Assembly: GCA_049700455.1 (NCBI GenBank)
Contig: JBNAVJ010000007.1
Span: 70,397 to 94,396, forward strand
Reading direction: 5' to 3'
Source of the DNA: Ignavibacteria bacterium
Lineage (GTDB): Bacteria; Bacteroidota; Ignavibacteria; Tepidaquicellales; Tepidaquicellaceae
DNA length: 24,000 nucleotides
Shown here: one piece after another, positions 8,503-17,638 of the stretch
Layout of the letters: every line of letters begins with the position of its first letter
Numbering within the stretch: the stretch's first letter is position 1
Notes under the pieces: generated by a model
What the model was told of the DNA's origin: nothing
Database searches by the model: none
What the model saw: the letters and a program-made list of their open reading frames with translations, nothing else
Program-made: the position numbers and the translations under genes

Positions 8503-8529
8503 TTGATAATCTGTTTAAGTTTTTACGTT

Positions 8530-8844
8530 CTAATTGTTTGCTTTCACCTCAATGTCAACACCACCGGGTGCTTCTAACTTTGTCAATGCCTCTATCATCT
8601 TATTCGAAGCATTTAGAATGTCAATCAAGCGTTTGTGATATCGCATCTCAAATTGTTCACGTGACTTCTTGTCCACGTGCGGAGACCGTAAAACAGTATA
8701 AACTGTTTTTTTTGTTGGTAGCGGAATTGGTCCGCTAACTATCCCATCATTTAGCTTGATTGTCTTTATAATCTTCTCAGTCCATTTGTCCAACAGCTGA
8801 TGGTCAAACGATTTTAGTTTTATTCTAATCTTTTGTGTTGCCAC
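8530..8844 (-). CDS. rpsJ: 30S ribosomal protein S10
   Basis: 104-aa ORF: [14 protein letters not shown]...[39 protein letters not shown]. The start codon is GTG at 8842-8844. Confidence 0.95.
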   Translation of the reverse strand: MATQKIRIKLKSFDHQLLDKWTEKIIKTIKLNDGIVSGPIPLPTKKTVYTVLRSPHVDKKSREQFEMRYHKRLIDILNASNKMIEALTKLEAPGGVDIEVKANN

Positions 8845-8873
8845 TATTTATTCTTTTAAATTAAATATTTTTC

Positions 8874-10082
8874 TTATTCAAGTATCTCCGTAACAACACC
8901 AGCTCCAACCGTTCTACCACCTTCACGAATTGCAAACTTCAACCCTTTTTCCATAGCAATTGGTGCAATCAATTCTACTTTTAATTTGTCAACATTATCG
9001 CCAGGCATAACCATATCAACTCCTTCAGGCAAAGTAACCACTCCTGTAACATCTGTGGTACGGAAATAGAACTGAGGCCTATAGTTTGATGAGAACGGAG
9101 TGTGACGACCACCTTCATCCTTTGACAAAACGTAAACCTGACACAAGAACTTAGTATGCGGTGTTATTGAACCTGGTTTTGCAAGAACCATTCCTCTTTC
9201 TACTTCTTTTTTATCCACACCTCTGAGAAGTATTCCACAGTTATAACCAGCAACGGCTTCTTTTACCGTCTTGTTAAACATTTCAGTACCAGTCACAACT
9301 GTTTTCTTGTGTTGACCAAGCCCAATAATCTCTACTTCATCACCTACTTTTGTCTTACCTCTTTCAACTCTACCGGTAGCTACAGTTCCACGGCCAGTAA
9401 TTGAAAACACATCTTCAATTGACATCAAGAATGGTTGGTCTATATCTCTTTGAGGTTCTGGAATATAGTTGTCAACCGCATCCATCAATTCCCAGATACA
9501 TTTGAATCTTTCATCTTCAGCAGGAACATTTTCATCAAGACCGGCTTCCATAGCTTTTAATGCTGAACCACGAATAATTGGGATTTCATCACCGGGAAAT
9601 TCATATTTAGTGAGAAGTTCTCTGATTTCCATTTCAACCAATTCAAGAAGTTCTGGATCAGCTGCATCTACTTTATTCAGAAATACAACAATTCTGGGGA
9701 CTCCTACTTGACGCGCAAGCAATATATGTTCTCTTGTTTGTGGCATAGGACCGTCTGTTGCAGCAACAACAAGAATAGCACCATCCATCTGAGCAGCACC
9801 AGTAATCATATTTTTAATATAGTCAGCGTGTCCGGGACAGTCTACGTGGGCATAGTGTCTTTTCTCTGTTTCATACTCAACGTGGGCTGTTGCAATCGTA
9901 ATACCACGAGCTTTTTCTTCCGGTGCTTTGTCAATTTCATCAAATTTTTTGACCTTGGCTTTACCTTTCCTCGCCAATGCCATCGTAATTGCAGCGGTTA
10001 ACGTAGTTTTTCCATGGTCAACGTGACCAATCGTTCCTATGTTAACATGCGGTTTGGTTAGAACCAGTTCTTCTTTTGCCAT
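8874..10082 (-). CDS. tuf: Translation elongation factor Tu
   Basis: 402-aa ORF with GTPase motifs [14 protein letters not shown] and NKVD, plus the full EF-Tu domain II/III sequence. An AGGAG Shine-Dalgarno-like element lies upstream. Confidence 0.97.
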   Translation of the reverse strand: MAKEELVLTKPHVNIGTIGHVDHGKTTLTAAITMALARKGKAKVKKFDEIDKAPEEKARGITIATAHVEYETEKRHYAHVDCPGHADYIKNMITGAAQMDGAILVVAATDGPMPQTREHILLARQVGVPRIVVFLNKVDAADPELLELVEMEIRELLTKYEFPGDEIPIIRGSALKAMEAGLDENVPAEDERFKCIWELMDAVDNYIPEPQRDIDQPFLMSIEDVFSITGRGTVATGRVERGKTKVGDEVEIIGLGQHKKTVVTGTEMFNKTVKEAVAGYNCGILLRGVDKKEVERGMVLAKPGSITPHTKFLCQVYVLSKDEGGRHTPFSSNYRPQFYFRTTDVTGVVTLPEGVDMVMPGDNVDKLKVELIAPIAMEKGLKFAIREGGRTVGAGVVTEILE

Positions 10083-10141
10083 TGTACTGTTTCTCCTATA
10101 TAGTTTATAGTTTATTATTAAAAAATTCTGTTGCCTTTCAG

Positions 10142-10215
10142 TGGGTCAGGGAGGAATCGAACCTCCCACCTCGTGCTTATAAGGCACGCGCTCTAACCGT
10201 CTGAGCTACTGACCC
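10142..10215 (-). tRNA. tRNA-Ile with genomically encoded anticodon UAU (TAT)
   Basis: The reverse complement folds as GGGTCAG TA GCTC AGACGGTT AGAGC G CGTGC CTTATAA GCACG AGGTG GGAGG TTCGATT CCTCC CTGACCC A, with all four stems perfect. The body (GTAGCTCAG..GGTTAGAGCGC..GCCT.ATAAGC..GAGGT) is that of bacterial tRNA-Ile. Positions 34-36 read TAT. Confidence 0.8.
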
Positions 10216-10242
10216 AGACTTCCCGATGACGGGGGAAAGCTA

Positions 10243-10273
10243 TTGTTACAAAAAGCCAATGTTTTTGTAACAA
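10243..10273. repeat. Perfect 12-bp inverted repeat (AT-rich hairpin) between fusA and tRNA-Ile
   Basis: ttgttacaaaaa (10243-10254), a 7-nt loop (gccaatg), then tttttgtaacaa (10262-10273). No U-tract follows on the minus (transcribed) strand, so it is not a canonical terminator. It could be a processing site or an operator, or it could overlap an internal promoter for tRNA-Ile and tuf (minus strand TTGTTA-17 nt-TGTAAC). Confidence 0.5.
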
Positions 10274-10354
10274 CAACTTTTATAGAGCCGCTATTTGTGC
10301 CTGATACGACAAGGCTAACACCAGCCTAACCCTTTTAAAATATATTTTAATGAA

Positions 10355-12442
10355 CTATTTTTCTTTACCCCTGACTTTCTCTACAATTTGTTCAGAGATA
10401 TTTGTGGGAGTTTCATCATAATGTGAAAACTGCATTGTATAAATCGCACGCCCCTGAGTAATAGACCTCAATGCTGTTGCATATCCAAACATCTCTGCAA
10501 GTGGAACAAGAGCCCTAATAACCTGAGCATCTGCTCTTTGAAAAATTCCTTCAATACGTCCTCTTCTTGAATTCAAATCTCCCATAACTTCTCCCATATA
10601 CTCATCTGGAGTAACTACTTCAACTTCCATAATAGGTTCTAATAGCACAGGATCAGCTTTCTTTGCAGCTTCTTTAAAAGCAATAGAACCCGCTATTTTA
10701 AAAGCCATCTCCGAAGAATCTACTTCGTGTGTTGAACCATCAAATAATTTTGCTTTTATATCTTCCATCGGGTATCCAGCAAGCACCCCATTTTTCATTG
10801 CCTCCTGAATACCTTGAGATACCGCTGGGATGTATTCCTTAGGAATAACCCCTCCAACCACTGCATTTTCAAAAATAAAACCTTTTCCTTTTTCATTTGG
10901 TTCAATCTCTATCCACACATGACCATATTGACCTCGCCCACCTGATTGACGGATAAATTTTCCTTCCTGTTGAACTTTTTTTCGTATCGTTTCTTTATAA
11001 GCAACTTGGGGTTTACCAACATTAGCATCAACTTTGAACTCTCGTTTTAACCTGTCAACAATAATCTCAAGATGAAGTTCTCCCATTCCAGAAATAAGGG
11101 TCTGACCGGTTTCTTCATCAGTACTTACTTTGAACGTTGGATCTTCATCTGACAACTTAGATAGAGATTCACTTAATCTATCACTATCTGCCTTTGTTTT
11201 AGGCTCAATTGCAATTTGAATAACAGGCTCTGGAAAAGTTATTTTTTCAAGCACAATCGGATCGTCCTCTGAGCACAAAGTATCACCCGTTTTTGTATGT
11301 TTTAAACCAACTGCGGCAGCAATATCTCCACAATAAACTTCTTTAAGGTCTTCTCTGTGATTAGCATGCATCTCAAGAATTCTGCCAATTCTTTCCCGCT
11401 TACCTGTGTTTGAATTAAAAACATAACTCCCAGCAGATAATTTACCAGCATATACTCTAAAAAAACATAATTTACCTACATAAGGATCAGTCATTATCTT
11501 AAACGCAAGAGCAGTAAACTTTTCGTCATCACTTATCTGACGCGTTATATGGTCATCTGTATGTAAGTGATGTCCCCATACTTCTCCTATATCAAGAGGT
11601 GACGGCAAAAGTTCTACTACCTTATCAAGGAGATTTTGAACCCCTTTGTTCTTAAATGATGAACCACATAACACAGGGATAATTTTTACCTCTAAGGTAG
11701 CTTGACGTAAAACCCTTATTATCTCCTGGTTCGTTATTTCTTTACCTTCCAAAAATTTTTCCAATAATGTGTCATCTATATCTGAAACAGCTTCAAGTAG
11801 TTTTTGTCTGTATTCATTTGCCTGGTTAATGTAAGATTTGGGAATCTCAATATCATCATATTTTGCACCAAGTGTGTCATCTCTGAAAATCCTTGCTTTC
11901 ATTGTAATCAAGTCAATAATACCGGCAAACATCTCTCCCTGTCCTACTGGTAATTGAATAGGGACGGCATTGGCTTTTAACCTTTCTTTCATCATTTCCA
12001 CAACATTCAAGAAATTCGCGCCTGTTCTATCCATTTTATTTACAAAAGCAATTCTTGGGACCTTATATTTATCAGCCTGACGCCATACTGTTTCAGACTG
12101 AGGTTCCACTCCACCTACTGCACAAAATAATGCAATGGAGCCATCCAGTACTCTTAAAGAACGTTCAACTTCAGCGGTAAAATCTACGTGCCCTGGGGTA
12201 TCAATAATATTTATTCTATGATCATTCCAGAAACAAGTAGTTGCTGCACTTGTAATAGTAATACCACGCTCTTTTTCCTGCTCCATCCAATCCATTGTTG
12301 CTGCACCTTCGTGGACTTCACCCATTCTATGAACCTTACCAGTATAATACAAAATACGTTCGGTTGTAGTAGTTTTCCCCGCATCAATATGCGCCATTAT
12401 TCCAATGTTTCGAACTTTCTCTATAGGTACACTACGTGGCAT
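10355..12442 (-). CDS. fusA: Translation elongation factor G
   Basis: 695-aa ORF with motifs [17 protein letters not shown] and NKMD, and the full five-domain EF-G sequence. It lies between rpsG and tuf as in the str operon. Confidence 0.97.
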   Translation of the reverse strand: MPRSVPIEKVRNIGIMAHIDAGKTTTTERILYYTGKVHRMGEVHEGAATMDWMEQEKERGITITSAATTCFWNDHRINIIDTPGHVDFTAEVERSLRVLDGSIALFCAVGGVEPQSETVWRQADKYKVPRIAFVNKMDRTGANFLNVVEMMKERLKANAVPIQLPVGQGEMFAGIIDLITMKARIFRDDTLGAKYDDIEIPKSYINQANEYRQKLLEAVSDIDDTLLEKFLEGKEITNQEIIRVLRQATLEVKIIPVLCGSSFKNKGVQNLLDKVVELLPSPLDIGEVWGHHLHTDDHITRQISDDEKFTALAFKIMTDPYVGKLCFFRVYAGKLSAGSYVFNSNTGKRERIGRILEMHANHREDLKEVYCGDIAAAVGLKHTKTGDTLCSEDDPIVLEKITFPEPVIQIAIEPKTKADSDRLSESLSKLSDEDPTFKVSTDEETGQTLISGMGELHLEIIVDRLKREFKVDANVGKPQVAYKETIRKKVQQEGKFIRQSGGRGQYGHVWIEIEPNEKGKGFIFENAVVGGVIPKEYIPAVSQGIQEAMKNGVLAGYPMEDIKAKLFDGSTHEVDSSEMAFKIAGSIAFKEAAKKADPVLLEPIMEVEVVTPDEYMGEVMGDLNSRRGRIEGIFQRADAQVIRALVPLAEMFGYATALRSITQGRAIYTMQFSHYDETPTNISEQIVEKVRGKEK

Positions 12443-12469
12443 AAAGTCTTAACCTTCTCCCCTAAAAAA

Positions 12470-12937
12470 TTAAAATTTAAAATGTGCAAATGCCTTGTTT
12501 GCTTCAGCCATTCTGTGCACATCTTCTTTTTTCTTAACAGCATTACCTTCGCCAACCGAAGCCGCCATAATTTCATTCGCTAACTTCTGAGACATTGTCT
12601 TTTCACCTCGTTGACGCGAATAAGTAATTAACCATTTGATAGCAAGTGCAATCTTTCGGTCGGGACGAATCTCTGTTGGAATTTGATAGTTTGATCCACC
12701 TACCCGACGTGAACGAACCTCAATTGAAGGCTGTACATTGTTAATTGCTTTTGTAAAAACTTCCAATGGATCGCCCTTTGTTTTTTCTGCAATAATATCA
12801 AATGCCCTGTACACTATTTTTTCGGCAACTTGTTTCTTGCCTTTTTTCATAATGTTGTTTATAAACCGACCAACAAGCACATCATTGTACTTTACATCGG
12901 GCATTCTGATTCGTTTTTCAGCTCTTTTTCTTCTCAT
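12470..12937 (-). CDS. rpsG: 30S ribosomal protein S7
   Basis: 155-aa ORF: PDVKYNDVLVGRFINNIMKKGKK..AEKIVY...VEVRSRRVGGSNYQIP.E. This is classical S7. Confidence 0.95.
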   Translation of the reverse strand: MRRKRAEKRIRMPDVKYNDVLVGRFINNIMKKGKKQVAEKIVYRAFDIIAEKTKGDPLEVFTKAINNVQPSIEVRSRRVGGSNYQIPTEIRPDRKIALAIKWLITYSRQRGEKTMSQKLANEIMAASVGEGNAVKKKEDVHRMAEANKAFAHFKF

Positions 12938-12956
12938 TACTACACTGATTGTTTAA

Positions 12957-13352
12957 TTATTGACTTTTCGGAACAGCTACTGCTTTTGCTTTCTTTGTTC
13001 CGTATTTAGAACGTCCTTTCTTACGATTTTCAACTCCTGAAGTATCGTGTGCACCTCTGATAATGTGATACCTGACCCCAGGCAAATCTTTTACTCTTCC
13101 ACCTCTAATCAGGACAATTGAGTGTTCTTGCAAATTGTGCCCTTCGCCTGGAATGTATGCTGTAACCTCCATCTGGTTGGTCAACCTAACCCGAGCCACT
13201 TTTCTTAAAGCGGAATTAGGTTTCTTTGGAGTCGTTGTATAAACTCTTGTGCATACTCCTCTCTTCTGAGGACAGGCATCCATTGCAGGGGCTTTGCTCT
13301 TGTAAACTTTTTCTTGTCGCCCTTTTCGAATAAGTTGATTTATTGTTGGCAA
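12957..13352 (-). CDS. rpsL: 30S ribosomal protein S12
   Basis: 131-aa ORF: [11 protein letters not shown]...[67 protein letters not shown]. The start codon is TTG at 13350-13352, and there is no in-frame ATG upstream. Confidence 0.95.
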   Translation of the reverse strand: MPTINQLIRKGRQEKVYKSKAPAMDACPQKRGVCTRVYTTTPKKPNSALRKVARVRLTNQMEVTAYIPGEGHNLQEHSIVLIRGGRVKDLPGVRYHIIRGAHDTSGVENRKKGRSKYGTKKAKAVAVPKSQ

Positions 13353-13395
13353 ATGTAACTGTTTTTAGTTTTTAAAATTTCTTTTAGAAACATTA

Positions 13396-13424
13396 AAATT
13401 ACAAAATTTACTCTTTTTAGTCAA
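13396..13424 (-). promoter_or_regulatory. Candidate promoter of the str/S10 cluster upstream of rpsL
   Basis: The minus strand reads TTGACT (13424-13419), a 17-nt spacer, then TAATTT (13401-13396), about 45 nt upstream of the rpsL start. It lies in a 218-nt AT-rich intergenic region. The -10 match is weak (3 of 6), so this is only a pointer. Confidence 0.25.
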
Positions 13425-13570
13425 GGTTATTAACTATCGTATTGCAAAAAGAATTTTTACTCTCCCTATTTTCCTATAACAGGAAGAACAAAAATAGAAA
13501 TACAATACGTTTACTGAAAAATAAACTTTGTGGAATATTATTGAATTTTATCCCAAATCCTATTTATCCT

Positions 13571-14206
13571 TTAATCTAACACTCCTTCCCAATTTAAGTT
13601 GCCTTTAAAAACGTTAATAAGCTTATTTTTTAATATCTCAACAGCCGATAATCGAACTTCAATTATAAGCGAAACAATATCAGAATAATCACTTTTTAAG
13701 ATAGTACCACTTACTGAGTTCAAAGCCCTTCTGACTGATTCTAATTGTTTATAGTCACAGGTCAGTTTAATTTTTTGTGTAATGTATTTTTCTACAATGT
13801 TACTTACTGTTACACTTGCTTCCGCAGCCTCTGAGTATGCTTTAATCAAGCCACTTGTCCCCAGTTTGATACCTCCAAAATATCTTGTTACTACAATTAT
13901 AACGTTTGTTATATTATGTTTTTTTATTACCTCCATTATTGGACGTCCTGCTGTTCCAGATGGTTCTCCATCGTCGTAGATTCTTATTTCGCGGTCATTA
14001 ATTCCAAGACTATAAGCGTAACAATTATGATGAGCAGAATGATGAACTTTACACACCTCCTTATATCGCGTGATGGCTTCAATCCTATTCCGGACAGGAT
14101 AGATAACCCCTATAAATTTTGATTTCTTAATTACTACTTCGGCAGTTCCAGATGAAACCACAGTACGATATCTATCTTCATTTATTCCGTCCATCCATTT
14201 TTCCAT
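13571..14206 (-). CDS. yigZ: IMPACT/YigZ-family protein (UPF0029)
   Basis: 211-aa ORF with the family signature HHNCYAYSL......YDDGEPSGTAGRPI and VVVTRYFGGIKLGTSGL. Its 5' end overlaps the pcm 3' end by 25 nt, or by 13 nt if the second Met is the start. Confidence 0.8.
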   Translation of the reverse strand: MEKWMDGINEDRYRTVVSSGTAEVVIKKSKFIGVIYPVRNRIEAITRYKEVCKVHHSAHHNCYAYSLGINDREIRIYDDGEPSGTAGRPIMEVIKKHNITNVIIVVTRYFGGIKLGTSGLIKAYSEAAEASVTVSNIVEKYITQKIKLTCDYKQLESVRRALNSVSGTILKSDYSDIVSLIIEVRLSAVEILKNKLINVFKGNLNWEGVLD

Positions 14207-14838
14207 ACCAAAGGGACAAATCGAAAAGAGTCAAATTTATTTATCTTTAATTGATAGCCATCTTTTTCAGACTTAACTTTCCTGACCTGCCAGATTTGTT
14301 GCGAAATTCTATCCCCAACGGGAATTACAAGAATCCCTTCATAATCAAGTTGTTGTATCAGAGGTTCAGGAATTTTAGGGGTTGCCGCCGTAACAATAAT
14401 ACCTTTATAAGGAGCATATTCTTCCCACCCAAAAGTTCCATCACCACATCGAAGCTTTATGCTGTATCCAAGTTTTTGTAGAGTGTTAAGTGCTTTTACA
14501 TACAGCTCTTTAATTCTCTCAACTGAATATACTTCAGCTCCCATTTCTTCAAGAATTGCAGCCTGGTAGCCAGAACCAGTACCTATTTCCAATACTTTTG
14601 CTCCAGGTACAACCTGTAATTTCTCTGTCATAAAAGCAACTGTATAGGGCTGTGATATTGTTTGATTACAATCAATGGGTAATGCATTGTTTTGATAAGC
14701 ATACTTTTTGAACTCTTCTTTCACAAAATATTCTCTCTTTACTTTCTTTATAGCATTTAAAACATTTTCATCACAAATACCCATTTTTATTAATTCATCT
14801 ATTAAGTCTTTCTTCTTCAAGTCATTCATAGTCATCAT
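14182..14838 (-). CDS. pcm: Protein-L-isoaspartate (D-aspartate) O-methyltransferase
   Basis: 218-aa ORF with the PCMT motifs QTISQPYTVAFMTE, the SAM motif I VLEIGTGSGYQAAILEEMG, and the post-motif IIVTAA...P..L..QL..GG.LV.PVG. Confidence 0.9.
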   Translation of the reverse strand: MMTMNDLKKKDLIDELIKMGICDENVLNAIKKVKREYFVKEEFKKYAYQNNALPIDCNQTISQPYTVAFMTEKLQVVPGAKVLEIGTGSGYQAAILEEMGAEVYSVERIKELYVKALNTLQKLGYSIKLRCGDGTFGWEEYAPYKGIIVTAATPKIPEPLIQQLDYEGILVIPVGDRISQQIWQVRKVKSEKDGYQLKINKFDSFRFVPLVWKNGWTE

Positions 14839-14844
14839 ACAGTA

Positions 14845-15666
14845 CTAACTCCCCACCCCTTCTGATGAATCAAGTATAGATTTGAGAGACTTCGTAACAC
14901 TCTGGTTACTCATAGCATCTCTTAATTTTGACTTAAACTCATTCAGATCCTGTAAGAGATACAATTTCCCGTCCTCTGCAATTGAGATATTGCCTGTCTC
15001 TTCTGATATGATAATTGCAATAGCATCTGACTGTTCACTAATCCCAAGTCCAGCTCTGTGTCGCGTACCCAAATTACGATTATTTACCAATTGAACTTCC
15101 GAAAGTGGTAAGACACATCTTGCGGCTTCAATCTTATTTCCATTAATAATAACAGCCCCATCGTGTAGAGGTGATTTAGGATAAAAAATACTTACAAGCA
15201 ATTCTTTATTTATTCTTGAATCAAGTTTTTCTCCGGTTTCTACTATATTTTGTAATCCTGTTGTCCTGGTTATCACTATCAGAGCACCCCAACCGTTACT
15301 CTGTATTTCAAGACAGGCATCGACAACTTCAGTAACATTTTCGTTAAGGTCGATTCTTAAAAATAAACGTGCAAATTTTGACCTTCCTATTAATAACAAA
15401 ATTCTTCTAATCTCAGGTTGGAAAAGTATTATCATTGCAATTACCCAGATATCTGTAACTTTTCCAAGAATCCAACTCATTACCTGTAAGTTTAATGCCT
15501 GCGCAATAAATGATATACTCAATATCAAAATTATAGCAGTAAAAATTTGAAATGCCATTGTACCTCTCATTACCTTGTACAGTTTATAAAATACATAGGT
15601 AATAATAAGTACATCTATAATATCAACGAGCTTTATTGTTAGAAAGCCAATTTTAAATAGTTCCAT
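14845..15666 (-). CDS. cdaA: Membrane-anchored diadenylate cyclase (c-di-AMP synthase), CdaA/DacA type
   Basis: 273-aa ORF with three N-terminal hydrophobic helices followed by a DAC (DisA_N) domain. Motifs are GALIVI, LHDGAVII and GTRHRAGLGISEQSDAIAIIISEETG (the catalytic DGA and RHR motifs). Confidence 0.9.
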   Translation of the reverse strand: MELFKIGFLTIKLVDIIDVLIITYVFYKLYKVMRGTMAFQIFTAIILILSISFIAQALNLQVMSWILGKVTDIWVIAMIILFQPEIRRILLLIGRSKFARLFLRIDLNENVTEVVDACLEIQSNGWGALIVITRTTGLQNIVETGEKLDSRINKELLVSIFYPKSPLHDGAVIINGNKIEAARCVLPLSEVQLVNNRNLGTRHRAGLGISEQSDAIAIIISEETGNISIAEDGKLYLLQDLNEFKSKLRDAMSNQSVTKSLKSILDSSEGVGS

Positions 15667-15697
15667 TTATGTTCTCCCTATCATCTGCTCACTTCAA

Positions 15698-17074
15698 TTA
15701 ATGTGCTGACCTGCCTTTGGGCAGAGTATTCCATAATCTACTCATAACCAGCGCTCCAATAATAGCAAAGGGGATAGGCCAGAGTTGCCATGCCTGCCAG
15801 CCTAACGGGAAAATGAAAACACTCAAGAAAAATGGATTCAGCGCACTGGTCAAGTATTGAAATCCATCAATTAATCCTGCTGCGGTAGCTGCTGCTTTTC
15901 TTCCTCCAAAATCCATCGAAGCGGCTCCCCCTACCATCCCGTGGGCGCCATTTACGAAAAATGATAACAACATTATTAAAGCTGATGCAGCATATGGTCC
16001 GAATTTAAAATAATCAGAAAGAAAAAATAATAGAAGGCTAACTACCATTCCAATAAATCCAAAAACAATCACCGGAGCTCTCCTGCCACCATAAATCCTA
16101 TCCGAAGTAATTCCAAAAGCAAATCCCCCTAAAATACCTAATATTGCAATTCCCCATGCTGTTACCTGATAAGCGGTATCAATTGTTGATACACTATATA
16201 CCTCTTTAAAATATAAGGGATACCATGCATCAACAACGCTACGTCTTACAAAACCAATCATCATAGAACTAACACCTATCATCCACATTACAGGACTTGC
16301 AAAAACTTTTGTTAAAACTTCCTTCAGACTGACTTTTTCATTACTCATATCATCACCATCCCCGGTATCTCTTCCCTCATAACCGGCTTCTTTAGGAGAA
16401 TCCTTCACAAAAAAAATCGTGAGTAAAAATACAACTGTCGTTAAAGCTGCCGGTCCCCAAAATGCCCATTGCCAGCCAAACCAATATGCGAATAAAGGAG
16501 TACCTGAAAAAGCAAGAATTAATCCAAAACGAATTAGAATACCAAATATAGCAGCAAATGTTCCTCTCTCTCGTATATGAAACCATTGAGCATTGATTTT
16601 CACAATTGACAATGCGCCAAACGCCTGAAAATACCCATTTAAGGACCAACAAATTGCAAGCAATACCAATAAAAGTTTTTTATCTCCCCACGCAAGAACA
16701 CTCGGCTTTATAAGATTTGAATCCTGCCAAACAGCAGGTTGTAAAACAGCAAATCCTGCAGCGCCAAAAATAAAATTCATTAAAATAACACCAACAGAAC
16801 CGATTAGAAAAGCTTTTTTCCCACCTATCTTATCTGCAATAGGTCCATTTAGCACGACTGCAAGTCCATACACAAGGGGCAAGAGAGTTTCAAATATGCC
16901 AAGATCACTTTTAGTCCATCCGAACACCTGCTGCAAAGTCGGGGCATTTGCAGCAAAATTGTATCTTGTCATATAAAAAAGCGAGTATAAAAACCCTATA
17001 ATAATCCAGTTCTGAAAACGACGGGCTCGATAGGCAGGTTCTCTGAAATTTGCAGGAATTACCACTTCTGTCAT
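15698..17074 (-). CDS. MFS transporter, organophosphate:Pi antiporter (OPA; GlpT/UhpC-like) family
   Basis: 458-aa ORF with about 12 predicted hydrophobic helices. The N-terminal region YRARRFQNWIIIGFLYSLFYMTRYNFAANAP......W.KSDLG.......L.YG......G.IADK resembles GlpT/UhpT (YRRLRWQIF.G.F.GYAAYYLVRKNFALA) by recollection. The substrate cannot be called. Confidence 0.65.
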   Translation of the reverse strand: MTEVVIPANFREPAYRARRFQNWIIIGFLYSLFYMTRYNFAANAPTLQQVFGWTKSDLGIFETLLPLVYGLAVVLNGPIADKIGGKKAFLIGSVGVILMNFIFGAAGFAVLQPAVWQDSNLIKPSVLAWGDKKLLLVLLAICWSLNGYFQAFGALSIVKINAQWFHIRERGTFAAIFGILIRFGLILAFSGTPLFAYWFGWQWAFWGPAALTTVVFLLTIFFVKDSPKEAGYEGRDTGDGDDMSNEKVSLKEVLTKVFASPVMWMIGVSSMMIGFVRRSVVDAWYPLYFKEVYSVSTIDTAYQVTAWGIAILGILGGFAFGITSDRIYGGRRAPVIVFGFIGMVVSLLLFFLSDYFKFGPYAASALIMLLSFFVNGAHGMVGGAASMDFGGRKAAATAAGLIDGFQYLTSALNPFFLSVFIFPLGWQAWQLWPIPFAIIGALVMSRLWNTLPKGRSAH

Positions 17075-17290
17075 CTGATTTTTTTATTTTAAAATATTAA
17101 AATAACAATTATCCACCTTTTTTGTTACTCAAAAGTTAAAGTATTACTATAGACAATAACTTTACAAATTATCTTAATCTATTAAAATGAAAACTATATT
17201 TTTTTCAGAAACATAGTTATACACCTTGTGTGGGGGGAATCTTATACTTCAAAAAGAAACTTTTCAGGACGTCATCTGGAGGATTAGCAT

Positions 17291-17620
17291 TTAATAAGAT
17301 TCTCGATCATCAGAAAATCTTGCCACAATCTTTTCTCTTATAAATGCAGGTGAAGGAATACCTTCTGGATAGTAACGACAGGAGAGTGTTGGATATACCG
17401 GTGATTCTACCCCTATTAGGTCTTCATTATTTATTAACAAAGTAGGGGATCCTCTAAATTTATATTTGACCGCATCTTCCTGGTCTTTAATAAGCCGATA
17501 AATAACATCAATAAAATCTTCAAGCCCTTTAATAGCTTCTTTTAAATTATCCATCATAATCTGATAGTTAGGGCATCCTTCAAAATATTGAAATTCCACT
17601 TTTAGTTTTGGCTGTACCAT
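17291..17620 (-). CDS. Small thioredoxin-fold protein with a single-Cys C-P-N-Y active-site-like motif
   Basis: 109-aa ORF. The pattern is beta-strand + GCPNY (FQYFEGCPNYQIMMDNLKEAI), then F.GSPTLLINNEDL (cis-Pro-like SPT), then LSCRYYPEG.PS. This recurring Y..GCPN...GSPT...CR.Y arrangement is a small Trx-like family that I recall being vaguely or wrongly annotated. It is the last gene of the 4-gene operon, 18 nt after the previous stop. Confidence 0.5.
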   Translation of the reverse strand: MVQPKLKVEFQYFEGCPNYQIMMDNLKEAIKGLEDFIDVIYRLIKDQEDAVKYKFRGSPTLLINNEDLIGVESPVYPTLSCRYYPEGIPSPAFIREKIVARFSDDRESY

Positions 17621-17638
17621 ATATTTATTTTTATATTT

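Noticed and set aside
7594-12956. Plus-strand ORFs of 63-131 aa inside the ribosomal/EF genes (7594-7785, 8269-8499, 8538-8738, 9469-9711, 9708-10001, 12188-12583, 12738-12956).
   Set aside because: All lie antisense to strongly supported, highly conserved CDSs. Their translations are low-complexity (Ser/Phe/Ile/Cys-rich) with no recognisable motifs. They are typical shadow ORFs of an AT-rich genome.
14182-14206. A 25-nt overlap between the pcm 3' end and the yigZ 5' end, as a possible programmed coupling or frameshift.
   Set aside because: A second in-frame Met shortens the overlap to 13 nt. Short same-strand overlaps are routine for translational coupling, and no slippery sequence is visible.
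16392-16652. An 86-aa same-strand ORF in an alternative frame inside the MFS transporter gene.
   Set aside because: It is entirely embedded in a continuous 458-aa transporter frame with coherent transmembrane periodicity. There is no frameshift signal or slippery site, so it is most likely chance.
17075-17290. A possible riboswitch (cobalamin or c-di-AMP/ydaO type) in the 216-nt gap upstream of the MFS transporter and cdaA.
   Set aside because: I could not find a B12-box-like element or the paired ACGGGGA-type conserved segments. The region is mostly AT-rich with only 3-4-bp stems. A covariance-model scan would be needed, so I do not claim it.
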